A stretch of 64,000 nucleotides of DNA, from positions 106,206,001 through 106,270,000 of the forward strand of contig NC_042997.1 of assembly GCF_006345805.1 (NCBI RefSeq), read 5' to 3'. Position 1 is the first letter of the stretch. Every line of letters starts with the position of its first letter. Source of the stretch: Octopus sinensis. Its lineage: Eukaryota. A program made the position numbers and the translations under genes. Of the stretch, positions 10,467 through 22,561 are shown one piece after another. The notes beneath the pieces were generated by a model, which was not told the DNA's origin, searched no databases, and saw nothing but the letters and a program-made list of their open reading frames with translations.

Positions 10467-11560
10467 ATTGTTTTTACGTTTTTGTATTCTTATTGGTGTC
10501 ACGTATTCTGTATTTTTGTTCGTGTACTTCGTTCGTTTTCCGTCCTCGTGTTGTATACATTCGAAGCTTTCTTCCAGGGGATCTAATGCGCTTGGCTTAG
10601 ATTTCCCTTGGCGGGCTGCCCAAATCGGAGCGGTCTCGGGATTGGTCGGCCGAGGTTGCTGGGATGATCTGGTTCTTGGCTGATGACTGAGGGCTTCGAG
10701 TGTCCCGTCCTGTGGTTCTTGTGTCGTCTCTGTGGTGTTTCATGTTCTTGTCCATGTCTGTAATTATTTTTACTGTTTACCTATATAATCGGCGGCTACG
10801 TATCCACAATTGTCCTTATACGATAAGTATATTTTTTCTCTAGCATTGATACGACTCTTGATCTGTCTCTTTCTCTCTCTCTCTCTCTCTCCTCCCTTAT
10901 TCCCCTTCCTTTCTTTCCCTCTCCATCCGTCTTTCCCCCCCTTCTACGTTTCTCTATCTCTCTCACCTCCAGTCCCCTCGATCTGTCTCTTTCTTCTCCT
11001 CCCTCGTCCACCTTCTCTCTCTTTTCATCTGTCCCTTTCTCCTGTCTTTTGTTCTCACGTGACCGCTAGCCACTGTTGAGCGCTCTTTTCGTTCCAGCAG
11101 TCGCCGAAGCAACACGTATTTGTTCATCTCCCTGCGGCCATTAGGCACAACTTCATAAGCCAGCCCTAAACTCAACTCGTCCTGTCGAAAGACCCTTGTC
11201 CTACGTCCTGGTTTTGTTTTGTTTTTTATTTTTACCGTTATTGTTTTTACGTTTTTGTATTCTTATTGGTGTCACGTATTCTGTATTTTTGTTCGTGTAC
11301 TTCGTTCGTTTTCCGTCCTCGTGTTGTATACATTCGAAGCTTTCTTCCAGGGGATCTAATGCGCTTGGCTTAGATTTCCCTTGGCGGGCTGCCCAAATCG
11401 GAGCGGTCTCGGGATTGGTCGGCCGAGGTTGCTGGGATGATCTGGTTCTTGGCTGATGACTGAGGGCTTCGAGTGTCCCGTCCTGTGGTTCTTGTGTCGT
11501 CTCTGTGGTGTTTCATGTTCTTGTCCATGTCTGTAATTATTTTTACTGTTTACCTATATA
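10467..11560 (+). mobile_element. Non-coding element with identical 321-bp direct repeats (putative Penelope-derived partial tandem)
   Basis: Direct repeats 10467-10787 and 11240-11560 (offset 773) appear identical by eye and give identical peptides in the ORF track; pyrimidine-rich interior; both ends in (TA)n. Confidence 0.75.
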
Positions 11561-11577
11561 TATATATATTTATATAT

Positions 11578-11773
11578 AGAGGGCATTATACATACATGCC
11601 ACACGCTAAGAGGGACAATTAGTCATTTCTACCAAAAATATTACTAATCCCACCGAATGCAATTTTTCAAAGTAAGACATTTAGTAATATTTTTGGTAGA
11701 AATGACTAATTGTCCCTCTTAGCATGTGGCATGTATGTATAATGCCCTCTGGCATGTATGTATAATGCCCTCT
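11578..11773. mobile_element. MITE-like foldback: 70-bp inverted arms, 33-bp spacer, terminal 23 bp tandemly duplicated
   Basis: 11578-11647 and 11681-11750 are reverse complements with one mismatch; GGCATGTATGTATAATGCCCTCT is repeated at 11728-11750 and 11751-11773; flanked by TA. Confidence 0.85.
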
Positions 11774-11907
11774 ATATATAAATTAATATGTTCAATAAGA
11801 AATAATTATTTTCGAAATTTTTTCTCTTATGAGGTTTTCACGCTATCTACCTGACAATTTCTTGTTAAGTTTTCCTTATTAAGTAGTTGTCCTTAATTGC
11901 TATATAT

Positions 11908-11960
<53 letters not shown>

Positions 11961-11975
11961 ATATATTATATATAT

Positions 11976-12010
<35 letters not shown>

Positions 12011-12027
12011 GTACGTATGTATATATG

Positions 12028-12061
<34 letters not shown>

Positions 12062-13437
12062 TGTATGTATCAGCAATACTTCTTTAGACACTCATACTCA
12101 TATATCATAAATATCAAAACTATGAGTTTTTAATATACACAATACATATATATTTTTTTAATATGTAAGCATGTGACAAGCACAATGATATATAGTTTCC
12201 ATAAATACAAGAGATAGATATTTACAGCAAATAATACATTAAAGCATATACATAGACACACAACCATAGACACATGTTTGTATGTATGTACATATGCATG
12301 TATGTATGTATGATAGAGCAGTGCATGCTATCAAAGTGACACTGGAGTAAAATATACGATGTCCAATATACCCATCATGACTACCCGTCTGATAAGGGTA
12401 CACCAAGCACATGCATCACAACCATATGTGCGCGACATGGTGATTTCATATCATGATTAACAGTACATGACCTTGCAGGTGGGGCCCAGTTAGAATTTTC
12501 TTCAGGTTAAGTAGCCCATCCTGCTCAAATGGTCCTTGAATAAGGATTGTTTAAGGATGTTGAACAAAACACCCATGTTTCTAAAGGTGAATTATCCAAA
12601 CCCCCCAAAATTCCTCTCAACACATGGCTATGATGCTCCCCCATTACTTCTGCTTGTGATCAGAGATGCAAATATCGTCAGCCATTAAGGTACATGCTCA
12701 ACTGGTTTAGGTCAAACAACTGATAAGCAAATCTGTGGTATTGAGCAGAATATTTGCTGTAGCCCATCTTTTATACCAAGACAAAACAATGTACATGATA
12801 ACACTTCCAATCAGTTAAGATCAGAAGCCGTGAGAGCCATTGCCTGATACTGAATATGTATGTATGTATGTTTTCTTTCTCTTTTAAATTTAGAATACAT
12901 TTCGACTACCCACCTGCCTGGTAGCAAAGTTGTGAAATAATGCGTTCATCATCCTTTCAATTTGAAGAAGTTCTAGCAGATTTTTATAGTCCCAAGTATC
13001 AAGACTATTTGTAGTGTATGAATTAAGGTTCTGCGTTCTCTCTCCAAGAAACTTACTTTGCTTCAGACGGGTTGTTATGTATCCTGTTGCTCCAATAATA
13101 ATAGGTATGAAGCTGAATGTGTATCTTGGGTACTAGATTGACTAACTCCATATCAAAGGTCCATAAATGTCCTCTTTCTCTTTTATTTTTCTATGTATGA
13201 ATGTCATTATCATCATTATCATTTAACATTTGCATTGTCCAAGCTGGTATACATTGGGTGTTTTCTGAGGCTGTGTTTTACAACTTGATGTGATGGTCAT
13301 AAACTGTTATACTTGATTATGGTTCTGCTAGAGCTGAACAGCAACAACACCAACAACAAATCACACACACACACATGCGCACACACACACACACACACAC
13401 ACAGACACACACACAGACACACACACACACACACACT

Positions 13438-13475
<38 letters not shown>

Positions 13476-13499
13476 CAAAATACACGCAGTCCAAAGAAG

Positions 13500-14080
13500 T
13501 AGCATAAAGCCAAATAGCAGAAGAAAGCATTGAAACTGAGGAAGTAAAGGAGTTCATCTACTTAGAGCACACAGTGAATATGTGCCAAGACATGGATGTG
13601 GAAATCTCAATGAGAATAAGGGCAAGATGGAAGGCATTTGTCTTAATAAATGATGTGCTTAAAGCAAAGATGAATAAGACCATACAAGCCAAACTCTTCA
13701 ATATCACTATCCTACCTGCACTCTTTTATGCAAATGAGACGTGAAAAACTGCAAAGAGGGAAGAACATCAATTGGCTTCAATGCAAAAAGCTATGGAAAG
13801 GTCCATGCTAAAAGAGCAATTATGAAAGCATATCCAAAATGAAATAATTCAAGAACAAAGAAGAGTGAATGAAACGGCAACAGAATACTGAAAGTACAAT
13901 TATTGAGTGGTATCCAAGAGATCAGGAAAAGCATCTATGACAATAAGAAGATGATTTAGTTAAGCAGTATGGAACAAGATGATAAAGAATAACACAATCC
14001 AGAAAGAATAGGAAGTGCATTGTGACCAGCGATGTATAACAGCAGCCAATAGTCTGGTCAGTACAGTGATACAGTGATAT
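13500..14080 (+). mobile_element. RTE-clade LINE 3' fragment (RT C-terminus and tail)
   Basis: EEVKEFIYLEHTVN...EISMRIRARWKAF...TILPALFYANET*...AMERSML, typical of RTE RT downstream domains. Confidence 0.8.
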
Positions 14081-14141
14081 GTATACATGTATAACTTGCA
14101 TTAAATATTTAATTTTTTTTTTTGCAGTATATCTAAATATA

Positions 14142-15670
14142 CTCTTTTAATTGTTTCAATCATTTGACTGCGGCCATGCTGGAGCACCACCTTTTAGTCA
14201 AAGAAATCGACCCCAGGACTTATTCTTTGTAAGCCTAGCACTTATTCTATCGGTCTCTTTTGCCAAACTACTAAGTTACAGGGACATAAATACACCAGCA
14301 TTGGTTGTCAAGTGATGTTGGGGGACAAACACAGACACACACGCACACACATACACATACATATACATATATATATATATATATATATGTTAATAAAATA
14401 GAACATATGCATATATATAAACATATATGTACGTACCTACCTCTACATGTACATATACACGCATATATGTGTACAGGACACCAAAAAGACGTCGAACACA
14501 TAGAGAGACGAAAAACATAGACACAAACCAAGGAACAGGACAAGCAAAAAAGAAAAAAAGAGATACAGGACAATAAGCACAACGAAAAATCCCCTTCTTC
14601 AGTCGCTAAGGTTTCATCTACTCTACGTTTCGAAGGATAAAAGCGAGACGTATACTTCGAAGAAACTTCCTTCCTGCGAAAAGCAAATCAATTAAAATTC
14701 TGAGATCTTTTCGCAGAGGGGTAAAAAATGGTAAAAAAAGCAAGACGATAACGACAGTACAAACATATAAACAGTAAAAAAAAAAAAAAAAATTATATAT
14801 AAACAGTTGAAAAATAAATATATAACAGTGAGAGACAGGACAAGGAGAACAAGATAAGAAGGGCTGTTTATGCCAGACGAAAAAAGTAATGCAAACGCTG
14901 GATTATAGTGGACGACGAGAGAGAAAGAATGTCGACCAGTGGCCTTAGAAGGCGGGCGAGAAAAGACAGGATAGCAGTTACGACGGAAGTATCGTCACAG
15001 ATGGACGACGGGAATGGGGGAGGAGGAGCAAGAGGAAGAGAGAGAAGAAGGGGAATGGTGCGAGGAGACCATGAAGAATGGTGAGGGGGAGAGAGAGAAT
15101 GAAGAATGAGAGAGAGAGGAAGAGACAAGTTAAGTGAGGGAAAAAGGACGGAAAAGGGAATGGGAGAGAAAGAAAGAAAGATGCAGAGTCGCGTGAGAGT
15201 TAATATCAAGGCTAACTTGATAAACAGAACAATCTTACTTAATAGGGTGCGTGCGTTTAGTCGTATAATATGTTAATAAAATAGAACATATGCATATATA
15301 TAAACATATATGTACGTACCTACCTCTACATGTACATATACACGCATATATGTGTACAGGACACCAAAAAGACGTCGAACACATAGAGAGATGAAAAACA
15401 TAGACACAAACCAAGGAACAGGACAAGCAAAAAAGAAAAAAAGAGATACAGGACAATAAGCACAACGAAAAATCCCCTTCTTCAGTCGCTCATATATATA
15501 CATATATGACGGGCTTCTTTCAGTTTCCGTCCACCAAATCCACTCACAAGGCTTTGGTCAGCCTGAGGCTATAGTAGAAGACACTTGCCCAAGGTGCCAC
15601 GCAGTGGGACTGAACCTGGAACCATGTGGTTATTAAGCAAGCTACTTACCACACAGCCACTCCTGCGCCT
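14142..15670 (-). mobile_element. SINE family A copy split at its internal (TA)n tract by an insertion
   Basis: Left half 14142-14384 and right half 15491-15670 join to give a complete family A copy. Confidence 0.85.
14385..15490 (-). mobile_element. Non-coding element with near-identical 223-bp direct repeats (putative Penelope-derived partial tandem)
   Basis: Direct repeats 14385-14607 and 15268-15490 (offset 883) with one visible difference (GAGACG vs GAGATG); GA-rich interior (pyrimidine-rich on minus). Confidence 0.75.
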
Positions 15671-18437
15671 GTATATATTATTCACATAATTTTTGTAAAT
15701 TCATAGTCACAAACTCATTGCACTAACTACCTGTTGCAACATTGTGTCCCCTCAGTGACTAAAATCTTCATTCTCATGAACTAAAATTGTACTGCTTAGA
15801 ATTATGTGCATTTAACAATCATATGACTCCTTGTACCTCACTACTACCACCACCACCAACAACAAATCACACACATGTACACACACACACAATGTTGGGG
15901 GACAAACACAGACACACCCTGAAAGTATTTTCAGTATCTTTCCAAAGAGTTATTATTTTTTGTTGTTATCTAAAGTAACTGCTGCCCACTCCTACTTAAT
16001 ACATATATGACCACTCACATTATTAGTAACTGCTAAATATAGCGTTGTTGAGCTAGTAACCGTCTTTAGTCTAAAAGCAGTTAATGAGGTGATTAGTCAC
16101 CAAAACATCTAGATACCTCTTATAACTTTTGATAAATATTCCATATTTTCTTTATGTGACAAATTTGGAGTCCATTCTTCCTATTCATTAAGGCAGAATT
16201 ATTAGTGTGTCAGCTCGGCAGCATCACTTCGGACTCTTTATATTCTAAATTCAAATCCAACCTAAGGGCCAATCAAGTACTGGAATTAATATAATCAACT
16301 TGTCCCCCACCTCCCCTCAAAACTGTTGGCTTTGTGCCAAAACTTGAAAGCATTTTTCCCATTATTAGTTTAATCCACATAGACTTAAAGTTACAGAGCG
16401 ATTATCTGTTGGGTTATTGTGTTTTTCCAATGAATAAATATCTTGTTTAGATTAACTATGATTGCATTTTCAAGGTTCTTGTGCAGCATCTATTTACTAT
16501 ATGTACATATGGTAGTGGTCTTGGTGACTTTCCATCATTCTACAATGAGAATTCAGTTGTTCAATCAAGTTAATTACCAGCTCCTTAATTAACTTAGAAG
16601 TGGTTAACATTCCACAGACATGTGTACACTTAATATTATTATTAGGTAGAATCAGCTTCACATAGCTGTTCCTCTTCAAATGCAGGTATAATCCACCCAA
16701 CAAGCTTCTACACAGCTTCTGCCTATCCAGTTTCACACATAAGATATAGCCAAGCCAAGGGTACAGAAAATGATATTTTGTCCACTATGCTACACAGCGG
16801 GATAAACCAAGGATCATATGGTTGCACCTACATGTGCATTAACATTTGCATGTATGCATGTATGTACGTATATATGTGTGTATGTATGTATGCATGTATG
16901 TATGTATCTACATATACTATGTATGTATGTATGTATGTCCTGCAAATGAATTAAACTGCATCCAGTGGTGGTCTTCAGTTCAGGAGTTCTGGAGTTACAG
17001 GGGGTATAAAGTCACACTTCAATTATTATTATTCCCAGGTCCATTCTGCCAGGCTCCCACCTATGGGTTAAACAGATCCCTCAAGAGTGGAAGAGTCTCC
17101 CATTACTTTTGAGAAAGTCATGGAGAAGGCTGCTCTCCTAGAAGAGAGATACTCAGTTAAAATAGTACTAGTCATTTTGCAATGATTGTTAATGGAACCT
17201 TTTTTGACAACCAAGGGAGTGGCAAAAGTGTTGTACAAGCTTTTGTCACTTAAATCTAGTGATGTACAGATGACTCACTATTTATTTCATTTCTGGGTCA
17301 GTTGTGTATTTTATGAAGTCCTATGATGATGGATGCATGGTGACATATGCAGAAATGTAAGAAGACCCATGCACAAGCAAGGATCCTTCCTCAAAGTCCA
17401 ACCCTCGCTTTCATCATGGTGGGAAGGTTAAACAAGTGGGCGTCAGAGCTATGCTGTTGGGGACTTTGAGTCTCTGGTAGGGCTGCCCAAGGCAGACAGG
17501 TCTGACACTGGTAGTGCTAGGGCTACAAGCCAGCTAACTGGAGAGTAATGTTGAATTTCAAGTGGTATCTGTTCCAGAATCTGGCGGCTTCCTGGTGGCA
17601 TTAGTTTGTGTCTGTAGGTATCCTGCAGTGAAAAGGCATAACATGAGGATAACCTGCCACCAGTTGTGTACAATGGTCTATAAATACAGACAAAAACTAA
17701 TTTCATGGACTCTAATCATCCCTTGAAACTTCTATGAACTCACAATGCAGTGAACTCAGTAGGAGCCAGCTTAACCCCTATCAGGTGAATGCCATTGCAA
17801 TAACAGCAACATACAAGGATCAGAGTAAATCAGAACAATCAGGTTGAATACAAGATGGCTATCATCTTACAAGATAAGTGAAAATCAGACTGAAAGGGAA
17901 TATGAATTTTGTGGGAATTTTACTATTTGTATATTTTGTGGCAAAATCTGCCTGTCCAAGGCTGAACTTAAATCTTACACAAGAGCACAAAACAGGGCAC
18001 TTCCTATTGATTTATAAAACACACTTATTGGTTTGCCCTTATCAGTGTCACATATAATACAGGATCTACAAATCTCATGAATGTCTGAAGAAACACTTCA
18101 AGGTCCACTGATCAGACATCACAGGCAGTTCTAACTGCACCAAAACATACATACGGAACTAATGTGCACTTTGCATGGATGTCTCTTTAAAAGTATATCT
18201 GGTTTAAAAAGCCACATAAGATCTTATACCAGCACTAAGCTTTGTATTGCACAGACAACCGTCATATGTATGTATGTATGTATGTAGTATACATGTATGT
18301 ATGAATGAATGTATGTATGAATGAATGAATGAATGTATGCATGAATGAATGAATGTATGTATGCATGAATTCATGTATGTATGCATGAATGCAAGTATGC
18401 ATGCATATATTAATTATCTTATTATTGTAGTTATCTT

Positions 18438-18535
18438 TAACCTGATGAGTGGCTATATTTATATTGAAGTGATTTTACTACTACTATTTTTACTATAATC
18501 ATTTCTTAAATATAGCCACGAAACAAGTGTCGTTA
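18438..18535 (+). ncRNA. Type I hammerhead ribozyme motif with extended stem II
   Basis: TAAC-CTGATGA-[GTGGCTATATTTA...TAAATATAGCCAC, 13 bp, extended by GAAGTGAT/ATCATTTC]-GAAA-CAAGTGTC-GTTA. Intact core, GUC site after 18531. Confidence 0.75.
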
Positions 18536-18691
18536 TTCTACTAAATATATACATTTTATTTAATATTTTGCACATTACTTAATCATCATTATATGTTTTA
18601 TCTTACATTTAATCTTTCTATAATATATAATTTTCTAGATGGCATAATTTAATTTTTCATTAGTGAATTCATGAAAGGTGGTTTTTTTCTA

Positions 18692-18725
<34 letters not shown>

Positions 18726-18726
18726 T

Positions 18727-19548
18727 CTCTTTTACACTTTTACTTGTTTCAGTCATTTGACTGTGGCCATGCTGGAGCACAGCCTTTAGTCGATCAAATT
18801 GACACCGGAACTTATTCTTTGTAAGCCCAGTACTTATTCTATCGGTCTCTTTTGCCGAACTGCTAAGTGGCGGGGACGTAGACACACCAGCATCGGTTGT
18901 CAAGCAATGCTAGGGGAACAAACAGAGACACACAAACACACACACACATATATATATATACATATATACCACAGGCTTCTTTCAGTTTCCGTCTACCAAA
19001 TCCACTCACAAGGCATTGATCGGCCCGGGGCTATAGCAGAAGACACTTGCCCAAGATGCCACGCAGTGGGACTGAACCCGCAACCATGTGGTTGGTTAGC
19101 AAGCTACTTACCACACAGCCACTCCTGCGCCTATATATATATATATATAAGATCATGTATACACACACATATACTTTATTACTTGTTTCAGTCATTTGAC
19201 TGTAGCCATGCTGGAGCACGCCTTTAGTCGAGCAAATTGTAAGCCTAGTACTTATTCTATCGGTCTGTTTTGCCAAACTGCTAAGTTATGGGTATGTAAA
19301 CACACCAACATTAGTTGTCAAGCGATGTTGGGGGGACAAACAGAGACACACAAACATACATATATATATATATACATATATACGACGGGCTTCTTTCAGT
19401 TTCAGTCAACCAAATCCACTCACAAGGCTTTGGTCAGCCTGAGGCTATAGTAGAAGACATTTGCCCAAGGCACCACGCAGTGGGACTGAACCCCGGAACC
19501 ATGTGGTTGTTAAGCATGCTACGTACCATACAGCCATTCTTACTCCTA
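18727..19548 (-). mobile_element. Two head-to-tail SINE family A copies
   Basis: Complete family A sequence at ~18727-19131 and ~19175-19548. Confidence 0.85.
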
Positions 19549-19560
19549 TATATATATATA

Positions 19561-19779
19561 AGGTAGTGACCTGGCAGAGACGTTAGCACGCCGGGCAAAA
19601 TGCGTAGCCGTATTTCGTCTGCTGCTACGTTGTGAGTTCAAATTCCGCCGAGGTCGACTTTACCTTTCATCCTTTCGGGGTTGATTAAATAAGTACCAGT
19701 TATGCACTGGGTTCGATATAATCGACTTAATCCGTTTGTTTGTTCTCTCTGTGTTTAGCCCCTTGTGGGTAGTAAAGAA

Positions 19780-19780
<1 letters not shown>
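19561..19780 (+). mobile_element. SINE family N, near full length
   Basis: GACCTGGCAGAGACGTTAGCACGCCGGG...GAGTTCAAATTCCGCCGAGGTCGACTTTACCTTTCATCCTTTCGGGG...AAAGAAAT. Confidence 0.85.
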
Positions 19781-19813
<33 letters not shown>

Positions 19814-21045
19814 ATATAATATATATATGCAATATATACATTTACACTTACACACACACACACACACATATATGGATGGGTGGGTGGATAGATGGATCAC
19901 TCGATAAATTACTTCTAAGTGTGACCAATGACTAGAATGTTTTATTGAGGAATTCTAATAAGACTGAAACATGTCATTTTCTTTCACACATTGGCTTTAA
20001 GGCAAAGGTCCTCTCTTGTTAGCATAGTCTTTATTGTCCCAAGTTTTCAAGTAGCAGATTTTATTGTAGCTCTTTTATATACATGTTGTTTTTAAGATTT
20101 GAAGCAGCACTAGAGGAAACTTTACATGACATAACTGCTATTAACTGAAGTTTTTCAACTCATTATTTTACATATGTGAGAAACTCCCATATGTTTAATA
20201 ACAAATCATATATTGTATCAGCAATAGATAAGTTTATCAGCTACTTTAGTATTCAGTAAATCATAAGAAAAAGGGGTTCACAATATCTAGTTCTTTTGTA
20301 GAAACTTCTATTATTGTATCTTTTTAGTGAAGAGAGACAGTCGTGTCAGTCAGTGGCATATGGTGGTTGTTGTCAGGCTTGGTCCCAGGAATATCTTGAA
20401 GGGAGGGCACAAGGCAAGAAGGGAATACAATTCCAGAAGAGGGCAAATATTTAGAAGGGTGCACTTTTTTTCTTTACTTGAGGGAGGGGCACATGTCCCC
20501 CCCCACCCATCCATCTCAGGTTGTATAGAGTTTGCTGCCACACCCAGTACCACCAAATTTCAACAGGGGTATAACAAAAGTTTTCCATTAAGATTTGTTA
20601 TTAAATTAATGAATAATGTTAATATTTATAATGACTTTGCCATTTCCAATGGGTGTGCAGTGCACACCAAGAATATGCACCCCCTTTAGAGAACATTCAA
20701 GACTGAATAGAGGGAGAGAGGAAGATATTCCCAAACTAGAAAACTGGCCTGAGTCCTTACAACAGAGTGAATTCCTCTGCTAAAAGTACCCAAGGTGCCA
20801 AGGTACTAAGTGAGATCCTCTACTAAAGGTACCACTAAACTCCGCCTAAGATTGCTATAAGCAACAACACAGTTGTTTTTTCTTAGCCTGGATTGAGTAG
20901 ACCTAAAATCAAAGGCATCTATCCATGATCATTTTTATTTTTCAAACAGCTCATTTAGATTCATATTATCCAGTAGGTGGTTCTTCTTTATTTAAGGCTA
21001 TAAGGTGCGTGGCTTGACAGAGATCTGGCAGCTATTTCTAGCGTG

Positions 21046-21721
21046 CAGTGGCAGCTCATGTATAAGCACTGCAGAACTAAAGCACCCCCTATTTCCACTC
21101 GATATTATCGTTAACATTCAATATAATAAGTCCTTTTCACTTTAATTCTTTCTTTATACTTGTACAGTATATAAATCCTTAAGCTTCATTTCAGTAGCCA
21201 TTCCTTAGTTTATGAAAAACATACAAAAATCCTTGTATAGAACTGTGCGCTTCACAGTTCCAGTGACGCACTGCTTGGCTGTTGTGTGCATGCTCACATG
21301 TCCGAGATAGGAAGCTTCATGTTAGGGAGAAAGAGCACTATCATTCTCACTGTGCAGGTGAAAGGTAGTGTTTGACTCTGCGTGTGTTGTACTTAAAAAG
21401 GTGTTTATATTCTTGAATGTGATAAAGTGTAGAATTAGATTATCCCCCTTCAGTGTTGCTGCCAGGATTTGAAAAATAGGCCAGAATTTCCCCCCTTATT
21501 TTGTGATTTAGGAGGGGATTTTTGAAAAACAAGGGGGAATTCGAGGCAGTGTTCAGTGAACAAATTAAACACACTACCCTGCAGTGGCTAAAACGCAAAC
21601 CGATCAAGTTTATGTATAAATATTATTTTTATATGTTTGTTTCCTTTTACACGATACAAAAAATAACAGCTAAAAATTCTCTGAAGCAGCAACCCCTAAT
21701 TCTATCTACAAGCCGCCACTG
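21046..21721. mobile_element. hAT-like non-autonomous element
   Basis: Imperfect TIRs CAGTGGCAGCT / AGCCGCCACTG; degenerate 8-bp TSD CTAGCGTG / CTAGAGGG (6 of 8 match). Confidence 0.5.
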
Positions 21722-22400
21722 CTAGAGGGTAAAGCGATACTGAAGTTCAGCACAATGTTTCCATACCAGAGTTAAGTGCGATCACACATTCGCTGATATC
21801 TATAATCTCTTTGTCCACCGTTTTCCGCTTAAGAAACATTTGCTTTGGATTTTAGACAGTGTAATGTGAATTCACATATTCATACTTAATTAGCAACCAC
21901 CCACACCTAGAAGTCTCGACAAAGTTACAAAACAGGTTATCTTAATTCTTAAAGTAAAATACAAATTAAGATACAAGGTGAGAATAAACAAAGAGACACG
22001 AATTAAAACAAAAATAAATCGTGTAACCAAACAAAGTCAGAACAGACAGATTATATTATTAGTCCCAATTTATATTTCACATACAAGATTAAGTTTCTGA
22101 GCCTCCGCATGGTTGTTTGACCTGCTAGAAATAACAGCGGAATCTCCCTTATATCACATTCTGTCGTCTTCGGGACGGAAAAAAACACATTTAAAATTGT
22201 CCGACAAACCTCTTAAAAAGACGAGTTAATCATCGTTTAAATACTTTCGATCCAAGACCTACTCAGAGACAATCTGGGGTTATAAAATAACGACATTGCT
22301 ATTTTGTTGACTACAAAACAAAAAATATAATATTAAAACAACCAGAAATGTCACATTCGTTGTCACTTCAACCTACATAAACTTTAAAGTCAGTTGGCAA

Positions 22401-22416
22401 CACTTCCGGTTCCGGT
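22401..22416 (+). promoter_or_regulatory. Putative Sowah proximal promoter with ETS-type motif
   Basis: CACTTCCGGTTCCGGT contains the reverse complement of CCGGAAGTG (ETS/GABP consensus) ~30 bp upstream of the start codon. Confidence 0.5.
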
Positions 22417-22437
22417 AGCGATGTTTATTTACTGAAC

Positions 22438-22561
22438 ATGGCGGTTAGCGAATTAAGTTTAGAGTCTGTTTTAAACTTTATGATAGAAACTGGTGGGAAA
22501 TGCACTAACAAAGAACTTGTAACTGGTTTTAAACAGTTTCTCGAAGATCCAACTAATAAAG
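22438..22561 (+). CDS. sowah: Sowah (ankyrin-repeat protein SOWAH family) coding exon 1, N-terminal winged-helix domain
   Basis: MAVSELSLESVLNFMIETGGKCTNKELVTGFKQFLEDPTNK matches the SOWAH N-terminal pattern (L..V..F....GG.V.N.EL...FK.FL.DP); donor G|GTAAAT, phase 1. Confidence 0.85.

Noticed and set aside
12310-12860. GC-richer ~550-bp island, probably an interspersed repeat
   Set aside because: No second copy, TIR pair or coding motif verifiable within this window.
14590-14670. Permuted hammerhead on the minus strand (CCTTCGAAACGTA...CTGAAGAAGGGG)
   Set aside because: Stem I cannot be closed and stem II register is inconsistent; mentioned only as half motifs.
17400-18000. Possible RTE 5' UTR/endonuclease remnant
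   Set aside because: GC-richer island with only vague resemblance; no translatable diagnostic motif could be confirmed by eye.
19926-19980. GTTTTATT...AATAAGAC-T-GAAACATGTC hammerhead-like 3' half
   Set aside because: No recognisable CUGANGA box upstream; too degenerate to call.
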